DNA from: Acidimicrobiia bacterium
GTDB taxonomy: Bacteria > Actinomycetota > Acidimicrobiia > Spongiisociales > ZC4RG35
Reading direction: 5' to 3'
Assembly: GCA_965215185.1 (NCBI GenBank)
Contig: OZ244034.1
Span: forward strand, 1,344,001 to 1,408,000
DNA: 64,000 bases
Shown here piece after piece: positions 18,903 to 28,421 of this stretch. Both the position numbers and the translations under genes were made by a program. The first letter of the stretch is position 1, and every line of letters begins with the position of its first letter. A model generated the notes under the pieces. That model worked only from the letters and a program-made list of their open reading frames with translations. It made no database searches and had not been told where the DNA came from.

Positions 18903-18976
18903 AGGTTCAACTAGAAGGTTGATACACAAGAAACCAAATGTCAAATTGGGAATATCAACCTTAACTGGAAGGTGAA
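18903..18976 (-). promoter_or_regulatory. ftsZ internal promoter with two MerR-type (FtsR-like) boxes
   Basis: Minus TTGACA (18939-44)-17 nt-CAACCT; perfect 10-bp inverted repeat AAGGTTGATA 18915-24 / TATCAACCTT 18953-62. Confidence 0.55.
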
Positions 18977-20061
18977 CTTGGGGAATTCTCGGAGGCCTCC
19001 CGATACACCGCCGGCCTAAGGGCGGAGAAGAGGTTGATGACCGAACCGGGATCGGTGTGCCTGTCCACCAGCACCCCTAACACATGGGCCTTTTCCTCCA
19101 GGTCCGTGGCTCTTCCCAACCTCACGATCCGCCCCGCCACCACGGCGGTGAGCTGATTGCCATGGACTTCAACCACCGTTCCCACCCGGAGATCAGGTCG
19201 CAAGCTCTCCAGGAAAGCCAGAGCCGCCGCAACGGGAGGATGGGGGAGATCCAATACCGCGCCGGCCAAACCGGTGATATGCGGTATAAGTTGTTCGGGG
19301 CCCACATCAAGTTCCACCCCATCCAATGACAGAGCCCGCCATCCCTTACCGGTCAGCCCCCACGCCACCGGGTACCTTTCCTCAACTGTCACCCGAATCG
19401 TGTTAGGCCATTCCTTCTCCACCTCGACCTCAGCGACCCAAGGATCTGACAGCACGGCTTTCTGCAATAGTTCTGTATCGATCGATATCATGGGCGCGCC
19501 TGCTGTCACTCCTGCCCCCTCAATCTGCTGGGCAGCGGAGGAGGACACTTCTCCCGTCACCACTACCTCCCGTACCGCCAGATAGGGAGAATACACCAAC
19601 CACATTCCGATTCCCGCCACGCTCATCACCAACAGCATCCAAACGGCCCGTTTGAATGCCTTCCTCTCTTCCTTCTCGCGAACCTTTTGGGCTCGTTCCG
19701 TGATGCGGGGATCTACCTCCGGTTTGGCGTCCTTGCTCTTCATCCTTGTGAACAGGAGTGCGACCGGGCCTTTCTTCGGACTGGCCTTTGCCCGAAAACC
19801 AGTGCGGGTGACTAGCTTGGGGTTCGATCTCGGTTTGAGAGTCAGATGGCCCGACTGCGCGTCAGCTGCCCGGCCCATTCCACTCTCAGGACGCCGACCT
19901 GCGACCGGCCTAACCACTGTGACGGCGGAAAGATCTTCTCTTCCCCCATCGCCAGCGCTCGGAGCCGGCCCTGACTTATGGGATGAGGCCTTGAATGACG
20001 CCTTCTTCCACCGGCGCGTCCGGCGGCCCCTGGCGGTTCCAATGGGGTGCTTCCTTTTCAT
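18961..20061 (-). CDS. ftsQ: cell division protein FtsQ/DivIB
   Basis: Long basic N-terminus, one TM, POTRA domain (PWVAEVEVEKEWPNTIRVTVEER); between murB and ftsZ. Confidence 0.88.
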   Translation of the reverse strand: MKRKHPIGTARGRRTRRWKKASFKASSHKSGPAPSAGDGGREDLSAVTVVRPVAGRRPESGMGRAADAQSGHLTLKPRSNPKLVTRTGFRAKASPKKGPVALLFTRMKSKDAKPEVDPRITERAQKVREKEERKAFKRAVWMLLVMSVAGIGMWLVYSPYLAVREVVVTGEVSSSAAQQIEGAGVTAGAPMISIDTELLQKAVLSDPWVAEVEVEKEWPNTIRVTVEERYPVAWGLTGKGWRALSLDGVELDVGPEQLIPHITGLAGAVLDLPHPPVAAALAFLESLRPDLRVGTVVEVHGNQLTAVVAGRIVRLGRATDLEEKAHVLGVLVDRHTDPGSVINLFSALRPAVYREASENSPSSPSS

Positions 20062-20975
20062 GCCCTCACCTCGTTATCTCGAAACCCAACGAATCTCACT
20101 TCGGGCTGCAAGTCGACTCCGGTAGCGGCCCGCACCTTTCTACGCACTTTTGAAACCAGTCGGCGAATATCTTCAGATGTGGCTCCCTTTTCAGCAACAA
20201 AGAAGTTGGCGTGCTTTTCGGAGACCGAGACATTTCCGACCCGCGTCCCCTTCAGACCTACATCGTCTATGAGCCTCCCGGCCGCGTCACCGGGCGGATT
20301 CTTGAACACACTCCCTGCGTTGAGCGTCCCTCCCGGCTGATGGAGCCGACGCCAACGGGTGATCTCGCGGATCCTCTCCAATCCCAGCGCCGGTTCTCCC
20401 GAAGTAAACCGAAACCACGATTTGGTGATCACCTGTGAGGGCCTCACAGCCGAGCTTCGGTATCCAAGCCGGAGCGAATCGGGAGTCACCGCCGACAGTT
20501 TCCCGGTGTCGAAATCAAAGATCTCCACTTCATCCAGCACATCCACCATCTCTTTTCCGTGGCAACCGGCGTTCTGGAACACGCCTCCTCCCACCGTTCC
20601 CGGTATTCCCACCATGAATTCGAGTCCCAGCCGACCCTCCCTCACAGCCGAGCGGGCCAACAGGGGAAGCCCGACTCCTCCCCCCGCCTGTACCCGGTCT
20701 TCGGGATGCCGAATGGAAAGAAATTCCCCTACCAGCCTGAGCACCAGTCCTCGGTAACCCTGGTCGGCGATGATCACGTTGCTGCCCTTGCCCAGCACTA
20801 AAACACCCTCCGATACCTCGCCCCTCCACGCCTCCGCCAACGTCCGCAGGTGAGAGTAATCACCTACCTCGGCGTACCACCGAGCGGCGCCGCCCAGTTT
20901 GTAGGTGGTAAACCCGTCAAGCGGCACCTCCGTGCGCACCAAGCCCCGGGCCTCCAGATTCTGCCACTCACTCAC
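20058..20975 (-). CDS. murB: UDP-N-acetylenolpyruvoylglucosamine reductase
   Basis: TTYKLGG, GKGSN, GIPGTVGG, NAGSVFKNP, KHANF. Confidence 0.96.
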   Translation of the reverse strand: MSEWQNLEARGLVRTEVPLDGFTTYKLGGAARWYAEVGDYSHLRTLAEAWRGEVSEGVLVLGKGSNVIIADQGYRGLVLRLVGEFLSIRHPEDRVQAGGGVGLPLLARSAVREGRLGLEFMVGIPGTVGGGVFQNAGCHGKEMVDVLDEVEIFDFDTGKLSAVTPDSLRLGYRSSAVRPSQVITKSWFRFTSGEPALGLERIREITRWRRLHQPGGTLNAGSVFKNPPGDAAGRLIDDVGLKGTRVGNVSVSEKHANFFVAEKGATSEDIRRLVSKVRRKVRAATGVDLQPEVRFVGFRDNEVRA

Positions 20976-22351
20976 AGCTGCTGTTCCTTCTCAGCCAACA
21001 GTGCCAGCAACTCGGAGGGAACCATCGTTATATCCCCGGCGCCCATGGTCACCACCAGATCGCCCTCTACTAGTTGAGGGAATATCCCCTCCGCCACTTC
21101 GGACCGATGGGGGAAATACTCAACCACCCTTCCACCGGACCGGCGGGCGGCCGCAGCCACCAACTCTCCGCTTATACCCGGGCGGGGTTCTTCGCGCGCG
21201 CCGTAAACATCGGTGACCACGATCCGGTCGGCCAGGGACAGCGCCGCGCCCAACCCCGCGAACATCTGCGCTGTGCGCGAATACAGGTGCGGCTGGAAAA
21301 CAGCCCAGACCCGTCGATGGCCAGATTCCATGGCAGCTCTGATCGTGGCCGCGATTTCGGAGGGATGATGTGCGTAGTCATCGATGATGGTCACACCCCC
21401 CACCAACCCGCGGTGCTCCCAGCGACGCCGCACTCCGCGATAACGGGCGATTCCCTCCACCGCCCGGTCCAGATCGAGGCCCATCTCCCCGCATAGGCCC
21501 AACACTCCGGCCGCGTTGCGAGCCATGTGAACGCCGGGAAAAGGAACTTTTACCTGCCACGAAGAACCAGCGCGGCTCAACCGAAAAGAGACCTGCCCGG
21601 CGCCTTCCGACAGTTCGGTCATGCTCCAATGAGCGTCGTCCGACATCCCGAATCCCAATAGGTCGGCCCGCTCTGCCACTCGGCGAGCGCCCGGATCGTC
21701 AATGCCCGCCACCACCGGGCCCTCCACCGACCGCGCCACCTTGACGAAACTCGACTCCAAGATGTCCACCGTTTCAAAGTGGTCCAGATGCTCGGCTTCC
21801 ACATTGGTTATCACCAGCCCCTTCAAGTTGACCTGCTCGAAAGTGCGAAAGGCCTCATCCACCTCCAATACCATCCACGGATCGGAACCGAGTCCGGCAT
21901 TGGTTCCCAAACCGAGGACCTGCTCGCCCACCACAAAGCTGGGGTTTTCCCCGGCCGCCCGGGCGGCCCTCACCAGCATGGCGGTGGAAGAGGTCTTGCC
22001 ATGGGTGCCGGTGGGACCCACGGTGGTGATCTCGGCGCTCAGAGCCGCCAACAACTGGGGACGCCGCCACACCTCCACCCCTGCCCGACGGGCGGCCCGC
22101 ACCTCGGGGTCATTTTCGGGAACCGCCGAGGAGATGACCACCAAGTCGGTGAGGCCGCTCATCCGATCCGGATGGTGTCCCGACCACACCTGCACACCAA
22201 TGTCGGATAGGGCGTCCAATCGGGAAGAGCGGCGGATGTCGGATCCGGTGACCGTCTTACCCGACTCGGCCAATAGTTTGGCCAGACCACTCATCCCCGC
22301 TCCCCCAACGCCCACAATATGGAACCTCTGGCGTCCATCCAGGTCAAACAA
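20972..22351 (-). CDS. murC: UDP-N-acetylmuramate--L-alanine ligase
   Basis: GVGGAGMSG, GTHGKTSST, EVDE, DDYAHHP, FQPHLYSRT. Confidence 0.96.
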   Translation of the reverse strand: MFDLDGRQRFHIVGVGGAGMSGLAKLLAESGKTVTGSDIRRSSRLDALSDIGVQVWSGHHPDRMSGLTDLVVISSAVPENDPEVRAARRAGVEVWRRPQLLAALSAEITTVGPTGTHGKTSSTAMLVRAARAAGENPSFVVGEQVLGLGTNAGLGSDPWMVLEVDEAFRTFEQVNLKGLVITNVEAEHLDHFETVDILESSFVKVARSVEGPVVAGIDDPGARRVAERADLLGFGMSDDAHWSMTELSEGAGQVSFRLSRAGSSWQVKVPFPGVHMARNAAGVLGLCGEMGLDLDRAVEGIARYRGVRRRWEHRGLVGGVTIIDDYAHHPSEIAATIRAAMESGHRRVWAVFQPHLYSRTAQMFAGLGAALSLADRIVVTDVYGAREEPRPGISGELVAAAARRSGGRVVEYFPHRSEVAEGIFPQLVEGDLVVTMGAGDITMVPSELLALLAEKEQQL

Positions 22352-23423
22352 GAGCGCCCCTCATTTCTTCGGCTATTAGCTGGGCCGCCCGCGGTCGGGC
22401 AATCACCCGGGCCGCCGCAGCCATGGCTTCCCGGCGATCCGGATCCCACAGAAGTCGCTCCACCAGGGGTCCCAATCCGCAAAGATCGGCTTCGGGCAGA
22501 GTCACGGCGGCCCCCGCCTCCTCCAGCGCCGCCGCGTTGGCGGCCTGATGATTGGCGGAACCGAATTCTCCCGGTATCAGCACCGACGGCAATCCGACGG
22601 CGGTGAACTCGGCCACCCCACCTCCCGCCCGGGCCACGACCAAATCGCACGCCGAATAAAACAAATCCATCCGCTCTTCGAATCCCACCACCCGCCACTG
22701 ATGAACGCTGGCTGCTGCGTGGCGGGTCATCTCCTGGAAGTGAGAGTCGCCGGTCAAATGCACCACCTGCATCGGTTCATGCTGCCATTGGTCCAACATC
22801 TGGTGAACCCCGCGGTTGATAGCCGCCGACCCCAGACTTCCTCCCATCACTCCCAGCACGGGAATCCCTTCTTTCAATTCATAGCGGCGGTGGGCCTCCT
22901 GCCGCAGAGAGTCCCGGTCAACCCGGGCAATCTCCGCCCGAATGGGATTTCCCACCCACTCGGCTTTTTTCAAACCTGAGGTGTGAGGAAAGGAAGCAAA
23001 ACTGCGGGTAGCCCAGCGTTCCATGACCCGGTTGGCCAGTCCCGCCACGGCATTCTGTTCGACCAGATAGAAGGGAATTCCATTGGACCGGGCAGCCCAA
23101 CCGGCCGGCGCGGTCACGTAACCTCCGGTGGCCAGCACCACTTTCACTCCTCGTTGGGTCAATTCCCGGCGAATCCGCCGGATGGCCTTCGACACTTTGG
23201 AGGGAATGGTGAGGTTGCGAAGGGTGATCCGGCGCGCCAGTCCCTGGAGCGAAACCGACAGCAGGCTGTATCCGGCCCGGGGAACGGCCACAGCCTCCAG
23301 GCGGTCTCCCCCGATGAACAGCACCTCCTCAGCGGCCACCCCTTGGGAAACCAGCGCTTCGGCCACCGCCAGACCGGGATAGACATGTCCGGCGGTTCCG
23401 GCGGCGGCGATGGCGAAGGTCAT
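22344..23423 (-). CDS. murG: undecaprenyldiphospho-muramoylpentapeptide beta-GlcNAc transferase
   Basis: AGTAGHVYP, GGYV, EQNAVAG, GNPIR, GGSLG, HQAANA; ATG 23423 overlaps ftsW stop. Confidence 0.96.
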   Translation of the reverse strand: MTFAIAAAGTAGHVYPGLAVAEALVSQGVAAEEVLFIGGDRLEAVAVPRAGYSLLSVSLQGLARRITLRNLTIPSKVSKAIRRIRRELTQRGVKVVLATGGYVTAPAGWAARSNGIPFYLVEQNAVAGLANRVMERWATRSFASFPHTSGLKKAEWVGNPIRAEIARVDRDSLRQEAHRRYELKEGIPVLGVMGGSLGSAAINRGVHQMLDQWQHEPMQVVHLTGDSHFQEMTRHAAASVHQWRVVGFEERMDLFYSACDLVVARAGGGVAEFTAVGLPSVLIPGEFGSANHQAANAAALEEAGAAVTLPEADLCGLGPLVERLLWDPDRREAMAAAARVIARPRAAQLIAEEMRGALV

Positions 23424-24592
23424 TGCCGTGCTCGCAGGGGATTGCGTCCCTGTCGGGCCACATTGAACATCACTCCCAGCGCCCCCATGGTCACCACCAA
23501 AGACGACACGCCATAGGAGATGAAGGGAAGAGTGATTCCGGTGATGGGCAGCCATCCCAGCACTCCGCCCACGTTCATCAGGCCTTGAAAACCCAGCCAT
23601 CCAGTGATTCCTGCCGCCAGCATCTGCCCGAAGTGGTCGGGCGCCCGACGAGCCACCGTCCAGCCCAGCACCACCAGAACAATGAACAGCGTGATGACAA
23701 ACAATCCTCCCACCAACCCAATCTCCTCCCCGATGATGGCGAAAATGAAGTCGGTGTGAGCGTGGGGAAGATAAAACCACCTGGCCCGGCTGTTTCCGGG
23801 GCCAACGCCCCACAGTCCTCCGGTGCCCAGAGCAACCCAAGATTGGATGAGCTGATAGCCGGTGTCGGAGGCATCTCCCCAAGGATCGAGGAATCCTTTC
23901 AAGCGGTCCATTCGATAGGGAGCGATCACCGCCAAAAATATCCCGGCAGCCAACGCCACCACCCCGGTACCCAGCATGTAGCGAAGCGGCGCCCCGCCCA
24001 CCCACAGCACCACGCAGGCGCAAATCGCGATGAGGAACGTGGTACCGAAGTCAGGCTGTTGGAGCAGCAAAAACCCCACGCTCCCCACCACCAGCAGCAG
24101 CGCTGCCGAGTAGCTCTTCAGGTCGCTGAACACTCCCTTACCCCTGGTGACGATCGATGCCATCAACACCACCACCGCGAATTTGGCCAACTCGGAGGGC
24201 TCGAAGCTGACCGGCCCAAACCTCAACCATCGGGAACTTCCGCCCACTTGCACCCCGACCAGCAACACCAGAAACAAAAGCACCAGCGCCCCTCCGAACA
24301 AAACATTGGCGTAACGCTGGTACAACTGATAAGGAACGCGAGAAGTAGCCAGCAAGACCACCATTCCCAGCCCCACCCCCAGTAGCTGCCGGACGAAGAA
24401 GTGGTATTGCCCATAGTCCCAGTTGATCCCCACCGTGGAGGAGGCCGAGATGGTGGCTCCCAACCCGATCACCACCAAAGTGAAGGCCACCGACGAGAAC
24501 AGCACGATTATCTGGGTGTTGGTTCGGTGTCTGCTTTCGCTTTGGATCCTCTCGGTCCGAGCGCGATAGATAGTGGTTACGTTGCGAGGCAT
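23420..24592 (-). CDS. ftsW: SEDS peptidoglycan glycosyltransferase FtsW
   Basis: GSSRW, EPSELAK, QPDFGT, LPHAHTDFIF, GITLPFISYG. Confidence 0.96.
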   Translation of the reverse strand: MPRNVTTIYRARTERIQSESRHRTNTQIIVLFSSVAFTLVVIGLGATISASSTVGINWDYGQYHFFVRQLLGVGLGMVVLLATSRVPYQLYQRYANVLFGGALVLLFLVLLVGVQVGGSSRWLRFGPVSFEPSELAKFAVVVLMASIVTRGKGVFSDLKSYSAALLLVVGSVGFLLLQQPDFGTTFLIAICACVVLWVGGAPLRYMLGTGVVALAAGIFLAVIAPYRMDRLKGFLDPWGDASDTGYQLIQSWVALGTGGLWGVGPGNSRARWFYLPHAHTDFIFAIIGEEIGLVGGLFVITLFIVLVVLGWTVARRAPDHFGQMLAAGITGWLGFQGLMNVGGVLGWLPITGITLPFISYGVSSLVVTMGALGVMFNVARQGRNPLRARQ

Positions 24593-25903
24593 TTAGGTCC
24601 TTTCCCGTCTTTTGGCCAAGGCGGAGACGACCCTGCCGAATTCCTCGCCCCGGTGCTGATAGGAGTCAAACTGATCGAAAGAAGCGCAGCCGGGGGCGAG
24701 TAGGACCACGTCGGCGGGACGGGCCAGCCCCCAGGCGATCGACACCGCCTCTTCCAGTGAGTGGGCGGGAGTGACCCGACCCGGGGGAGCGGATTCCACC
24801 AACAGCGGGGAAGCCGTTCCGATGGAGACCACCGACCTCACCGACCCGGCCGAGGTGAGCGGAGACAGGTCCAGGCCCTTGTTCAGACCCCCTGCGATCA
24901 GCACCACCGATCCGAAGGAGTTGATGGACGCCAAGGCGGCATGGGGGTTGGTGGCTTTCGAGTCGTCGACGAACCGCACTCCATCGATCTCACCCACTGT
25001 CCGGCGGCGATGCGGCCCGGGCCGAAAGCTTCGGATGGCTTCTTCCACTGCGAAATCAGAAGCCCCCCATGCCCGGGCCGCCGCCGCGGCGATCAGCAGG
25101 TCGCTCAAATAGGAGGTGTCCCCAACCGCCAGTTCGGCGATGGGAATGCGAAGGGCGCCGATCACCAGATCACCGCCTTGCCCTCCCGGTCGGTCCACTG
25201 TCCCTCCCGGAACAGAGACTCCCAGCAGTTGACTGGTCGCGCCCCGCACCGCCCGTCGGGCGCCCGGATCATCGGCGTCGAAGATCAGGGTGTCGTCTTC
25301 TCTCTGGGCCGCGTGAATACGAGCCTTGGCCGCCAGATAGCGATCCACTGTTCCATGCCAGTCGAGATGGTCGGAAGCGACGTTGACGATCACCGCAGTG
25401 CGGGGTGAGAGAGTCTCCGTGAAGCGCAGTTGGAAACTTGACAGCTCCACCACCGCCCTTCCCACGTCTTTTCCAACCAGATCCGAAAGCGGATAGCCAA
25501 TGTTGCCCACCACGGGAGTCTCCATCCCCGAAAGGGCCAACATCCTGCCCACCAGGAGGGCCACAGTGGTCTTGCCGTTGGTGCCGGTGACCGCGGTCAT
25601 CTCCGTTCGCAATTCCCGACCGGCCAGTTCCACTTCGCTCCACACCGGCTTTCCCGCCCCCAACGCGTCCCTGATCGGCGCCGAACTCTCGGCAAACCCG
25701 GGACTGGTTACCACCAGATCACAGTCAGAGACCCATTCCCGACGCCAACGGCCCGTCACCGCCGACCATTCTTCTCTTCCATTAGCCGATGAGATAGCTT
25801 CGGGACGGGCGTCGTAAACCCGCACCTTCCACCCCAATCCGACGCCAAGGCGAGCTGCGGCTCGCCCCGACACGCCGGCCCCCAAGACCAGACAGCGCCT
25901 CAC
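24593..25903 (-). CDS. murD: UDP-MurNAc-L-Ala--D-Glu ligase
   Basis: TGTNGKTT, ELSSFQL, DHLDWH, DDSKATN, APGCASFDQF; GTG 25903 overlaps mraY stop. Confidence 0.96.
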   Translation of the reverse strand: MRRCLVLGAGVSGRAAARLGVGLGWKVRVYDARPEAISSANGREEWSAVTGRWRREWVSDCDLVVTSPGFAESSAPIRDALGAGKPVWSEVELAGRELRTEMTAVTGTNGKTTVALLVGRMLALSGMETPVVGNIGYPLSDLVGKDVGRAVVELSSFQLRFTETLSPRTAVIVNVASDHLDWHGTVDRYLAAKARIHAAQREDDTLIFDADDPGARRAVRGATSQLLGVSVPGGTVDRPGGQGGDLVIGALRIPIAELAVGDTSYLSDLLIAAAAARAWGASDFAVEEAIRSFRPGPHRRRTVGEIDGVRFVDDSKATNPHAALASINSFGSVVLIAGGLNKGLDLSPLTSAGSVRSVVSIGTASPLLVESAPPGRVTPAHSLEEAVSIAWGLARPADVVLLAPGCASFDQFDSYQHRGEEFGRVVSALAKRRERT

Positions 25904-26949
25904 AACAAACCTTCCAGCGTCAGAAAGTCTGCATAGAAAAACCCCAAACCCAGCGAGACCGCTATGCCGGCCAGTATCCAGAACCGGATGACAACGGTGG
26001 GTTCCTCCCATCCGGCCAGCGTGAAGTGGTGATGAAAGGGCGCCATTAGAAACACCCTGCGGCCGGTCATCTTGAAGCTGGCCACTTGGATGATCACCGA
26101 GAACGTCTCCGCCACATACAGCCCCCCGATCAAGATCAGCAGCAGTTGTGTGTTGGTGAGCACCGCCAGGGCCGCTAAAAGGCCCCCGATAGCGTGGGAA
26201 CCAACATCTCCCATGATTATCTTGGCAGGGGGAGCGTTCCACCACAGGAACCCCAATAAAGCTCCGGCCATCGCCGCCGACATGGTGGCCAGCGCCAGGG
26301 GATCGACTGCCGTATAGATGTCGGCGTGCCGAACCTGCCAGAAAGCGATAACTATGTAGGCGCCGAACATGAGCACCGCAGACCCACCGGCCAGTCCGTC
26401 CATACCGTCGGCCAGGTTGGCGCCGTTGGCGGCGCCGGTCAGCATCACCAGCACCAAGACAGAGAACAGAGCCCCCAGTTCTATGCCAAGCGGACGGGTG
26501 AAGGAAAGCTCAGTGACCACTCCCGACCCCCGAGCGCCCCACACGAACAGAGCCGCCACTGCCACCTGTCCCCCGAATTTGGCTGCCTTGCCCAGACCCA
26601 GCGAGCGGCGGTTGCGGGCTTTGACCAGGTCATCCAAGAAACCTATGGCGGCCATCCCCAACAGGGCCACCAGACACAGGGCGCCCCCGATGGGAACCGC
26701 GGTGAAATTCGCCGCCATCCCGTCGGAGAAGCCCACACGCACATAGGTGAGCAGATAGGCAAGCACCGCCGCGCTCACAAACAGCAACCCGCCCATGGTG
26801 GGGGTTCCCAGCTTGTGGCCGTGTGCGCCCCTGATCTCTTCTTGAATGAAATCTCCGATGTTGAGCCGGCGCAGCATTTTGATTCCGTAGTAGGTGAGAA
26901 CGATGGAGAGCAGGAACCCCACCGACGATCCCACCAGCAGGTTGATCAT
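25900..26949 (-). CDS. mraY: phospho-MurNAc-pentapeptide transferase
   Basis: GTPTMGG, GFLDD, NLADGMDGL, MGDVGS, MAPFHHHF. Confidence 0.97.
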   Translation of the reverse strand: MINLLVGSSVGFLLSIVLTYYGIKMLRRLNIGDFIQEEIRGAHGHKLGTPTMGGLLFVSAAVLAYLLTYVRVGFSDGMAANFTAVPIGGALCLVALLGMAAIGFLDDLVKARNRRSLGLGKAAKFGGQVAVAALFVWGARGSGVVTELSFTRPLGIELGALFSVLVLVMLTGAANGANLADGMDGLAGGSAVLMFGAYIVIAFWQVRHADIYTAVDPLALATMSAAMAGALLGFLWWNAPPAKIIMGDVGSHAIGGLLAALAVLTNTQLLLILIGGLYVAETFSVIIQVASFKMTGRRVFLMAPFHHHFTLAGWEEPTVVIRFWILAGIAVSLGLGFFYADFLTLEGLL

Positions 26950-28421
26950 TCTCTTACCTCGCCGTCAGCCCCGTTCACCCCGGCCAGCGCCTCTCGGGCG
27001 CACTGGCGGTCGTCGAAGGGGACGCGTCTTCCCCCTATGTCCTGATAGCGCTCATGGCCCTTGCCCAACAGCAAGACCACATCACCCGGCCGGGCCCACC
27101 CCACGGCGACGTGGATGGCCCGCTCCCGGTCGACCTCCGCCCGGTAATCCCTGCCCTCCAGCCCGGCGGCAAGTTCGGCCAGGATGGCCTGGGGATCTTC
27201 GGACCGAGGGTTGTCGGAGGTGAGCATCACCCGATCGGCGGAGGCGGCTGCCCTGGCCATCTCGATTCTCTTGCTGCGATCCCGATCACCTCCCGCTCCG
27301 ATCACCGCAATGACCCGCCCGTCCACGGCTTGACGCGCGGCGCCGATCACAGCCCGGATCGCCCCCGGTGTGTGGGCGTAGTCGACAACCACCCCCGTCG
27401 GCTCGGCGGCCACCACCTCGAAGCGGCCTTCCACCGGTGACAGGGCGGCGATGCCCAAGGAGATCTCCAACGGCGAAAACCCCATGTGCAAGGCTCCGGC
27501 CGCCGCCAACAGCGCGTTTGTGCCGTTGTGGCGTCCCCCCATAGGTATCTCCAGGTGAACCGTGACGCCTGCCAGCCGGGCGGTCATCACTACCCCCGAC
27601 AGACTCTGGCTGATCATCCCTCCTTTCACTTCGGCGTCGGGCCCAGTGCCGACCGTGGTCACGGGAATCTGGGACTGCGCCGCCAGCCTCTGTCCCCATT
27701 CGTTGTCTATCCACACCACTGCCGCTTCGGAGAACTCCGGTGAGAAGAGACGCTCCTTGCTTTGGTAATAGTCCTCCTGATTTCCGTGAAAGTCCAGGTG
27801 ATCGTGTCCCAGGTTGGTGAAAACCGCCATTTCGAAACGAAGGTGATCCACCCGATGCATAGCCAAACCGTGAGAAGACACCTCCATGAACGCCGTATCC
27901 ACTGCCTCGGCCCGCATCTGGGCCATTTGTCGTTGCAGGTCGGAAGCCTCGGGGGTGGTTAGGAAAGTGGGAAGGCTCCGATCACCTATCCGCGCTCCCA
28001 AAGTCCCGATCACCGCGGTTCGGCGCCCGGCGCAGCGGGCCACCGCTTCCATCATGTGCATCACGGTGGTCTTCCCATTGGTGCCGGTGATCCCCACCAG
28101 GCGCAGATCATGCGAGGGATGGGCGTAGACCTCGGCGGCGGCCCGGGCCAGCGCCTTCCGCCCGTCCCGCACCAGAATCTGAGAGACAGGGTGATCAAGG
28201 GACCGCTCGCAGACAACCGCCACCGCCCCCCGGTGAATGGCTTCGGCCACATAGTCGTGACCGTCGAAATTTGCACCGGTCATCGCCACAAACACATCGC
28301 CTTCTCTCACCCGGCGGCTGTCGTAACTCACCCCCTTCACCAACAGGTCGCCCGCTCCCCTGACAGAGGCGCCCAGACGGTCGGCCAGCATTCCGACCGA
28401 CATCTCAAGAAGAGGTCTCAT
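26946..28421 (-). CDS. murE: UDP-MurNAc-dipeptide--meso-DAP ligase
   Basis: GTNGKTT, MEVSSH, DHLDFH, DYAHT, DNPR (mDAP-type), GKGHE. Confidence 0.96.
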   Translation of the reverse strand: MRPLLEMSVGMLADRLGASVRGAGDLLVKGVSYDSRRVREGDVFVAMTGANFDGHDYVAEAIHRGAVAVVCERSLDHPVSQILVRDGRKALARAAAEVYAHPSHDLRLVGITGTNGKTTVMHMMEAVARCAGRRTAVIGTLGARIGDRSLPTFLTTPEASDLQRQMAQMRAEAVDTAFMEVSSHGLAMHRVDHLRFEMAVFTNLGHDHLDFHGNQEDYYQSKERLFSPEFSEAAVVWIDNEWGQRLAAQSQIPVTTVGTGPDAEVKGGMISQSLSGVVMTARLAGVTVHLEIPMGGRHNGTNALLAAAGALHMGFSPLEISLGIAALSPVEGRFEVVAAEPTGVVVDYAHTPGAIRAVIGAARQAVDGRVIAVIGAGGDRDRSKRIEMARAAASADRVMLTSDNPRSEDPQAILAELAAGLEGRDYRAEVDRERAIHVAVGWARPGDVVLLLGKGHERYQDIGGRRVPFDDRQCAREALAGVNGADGEVRE

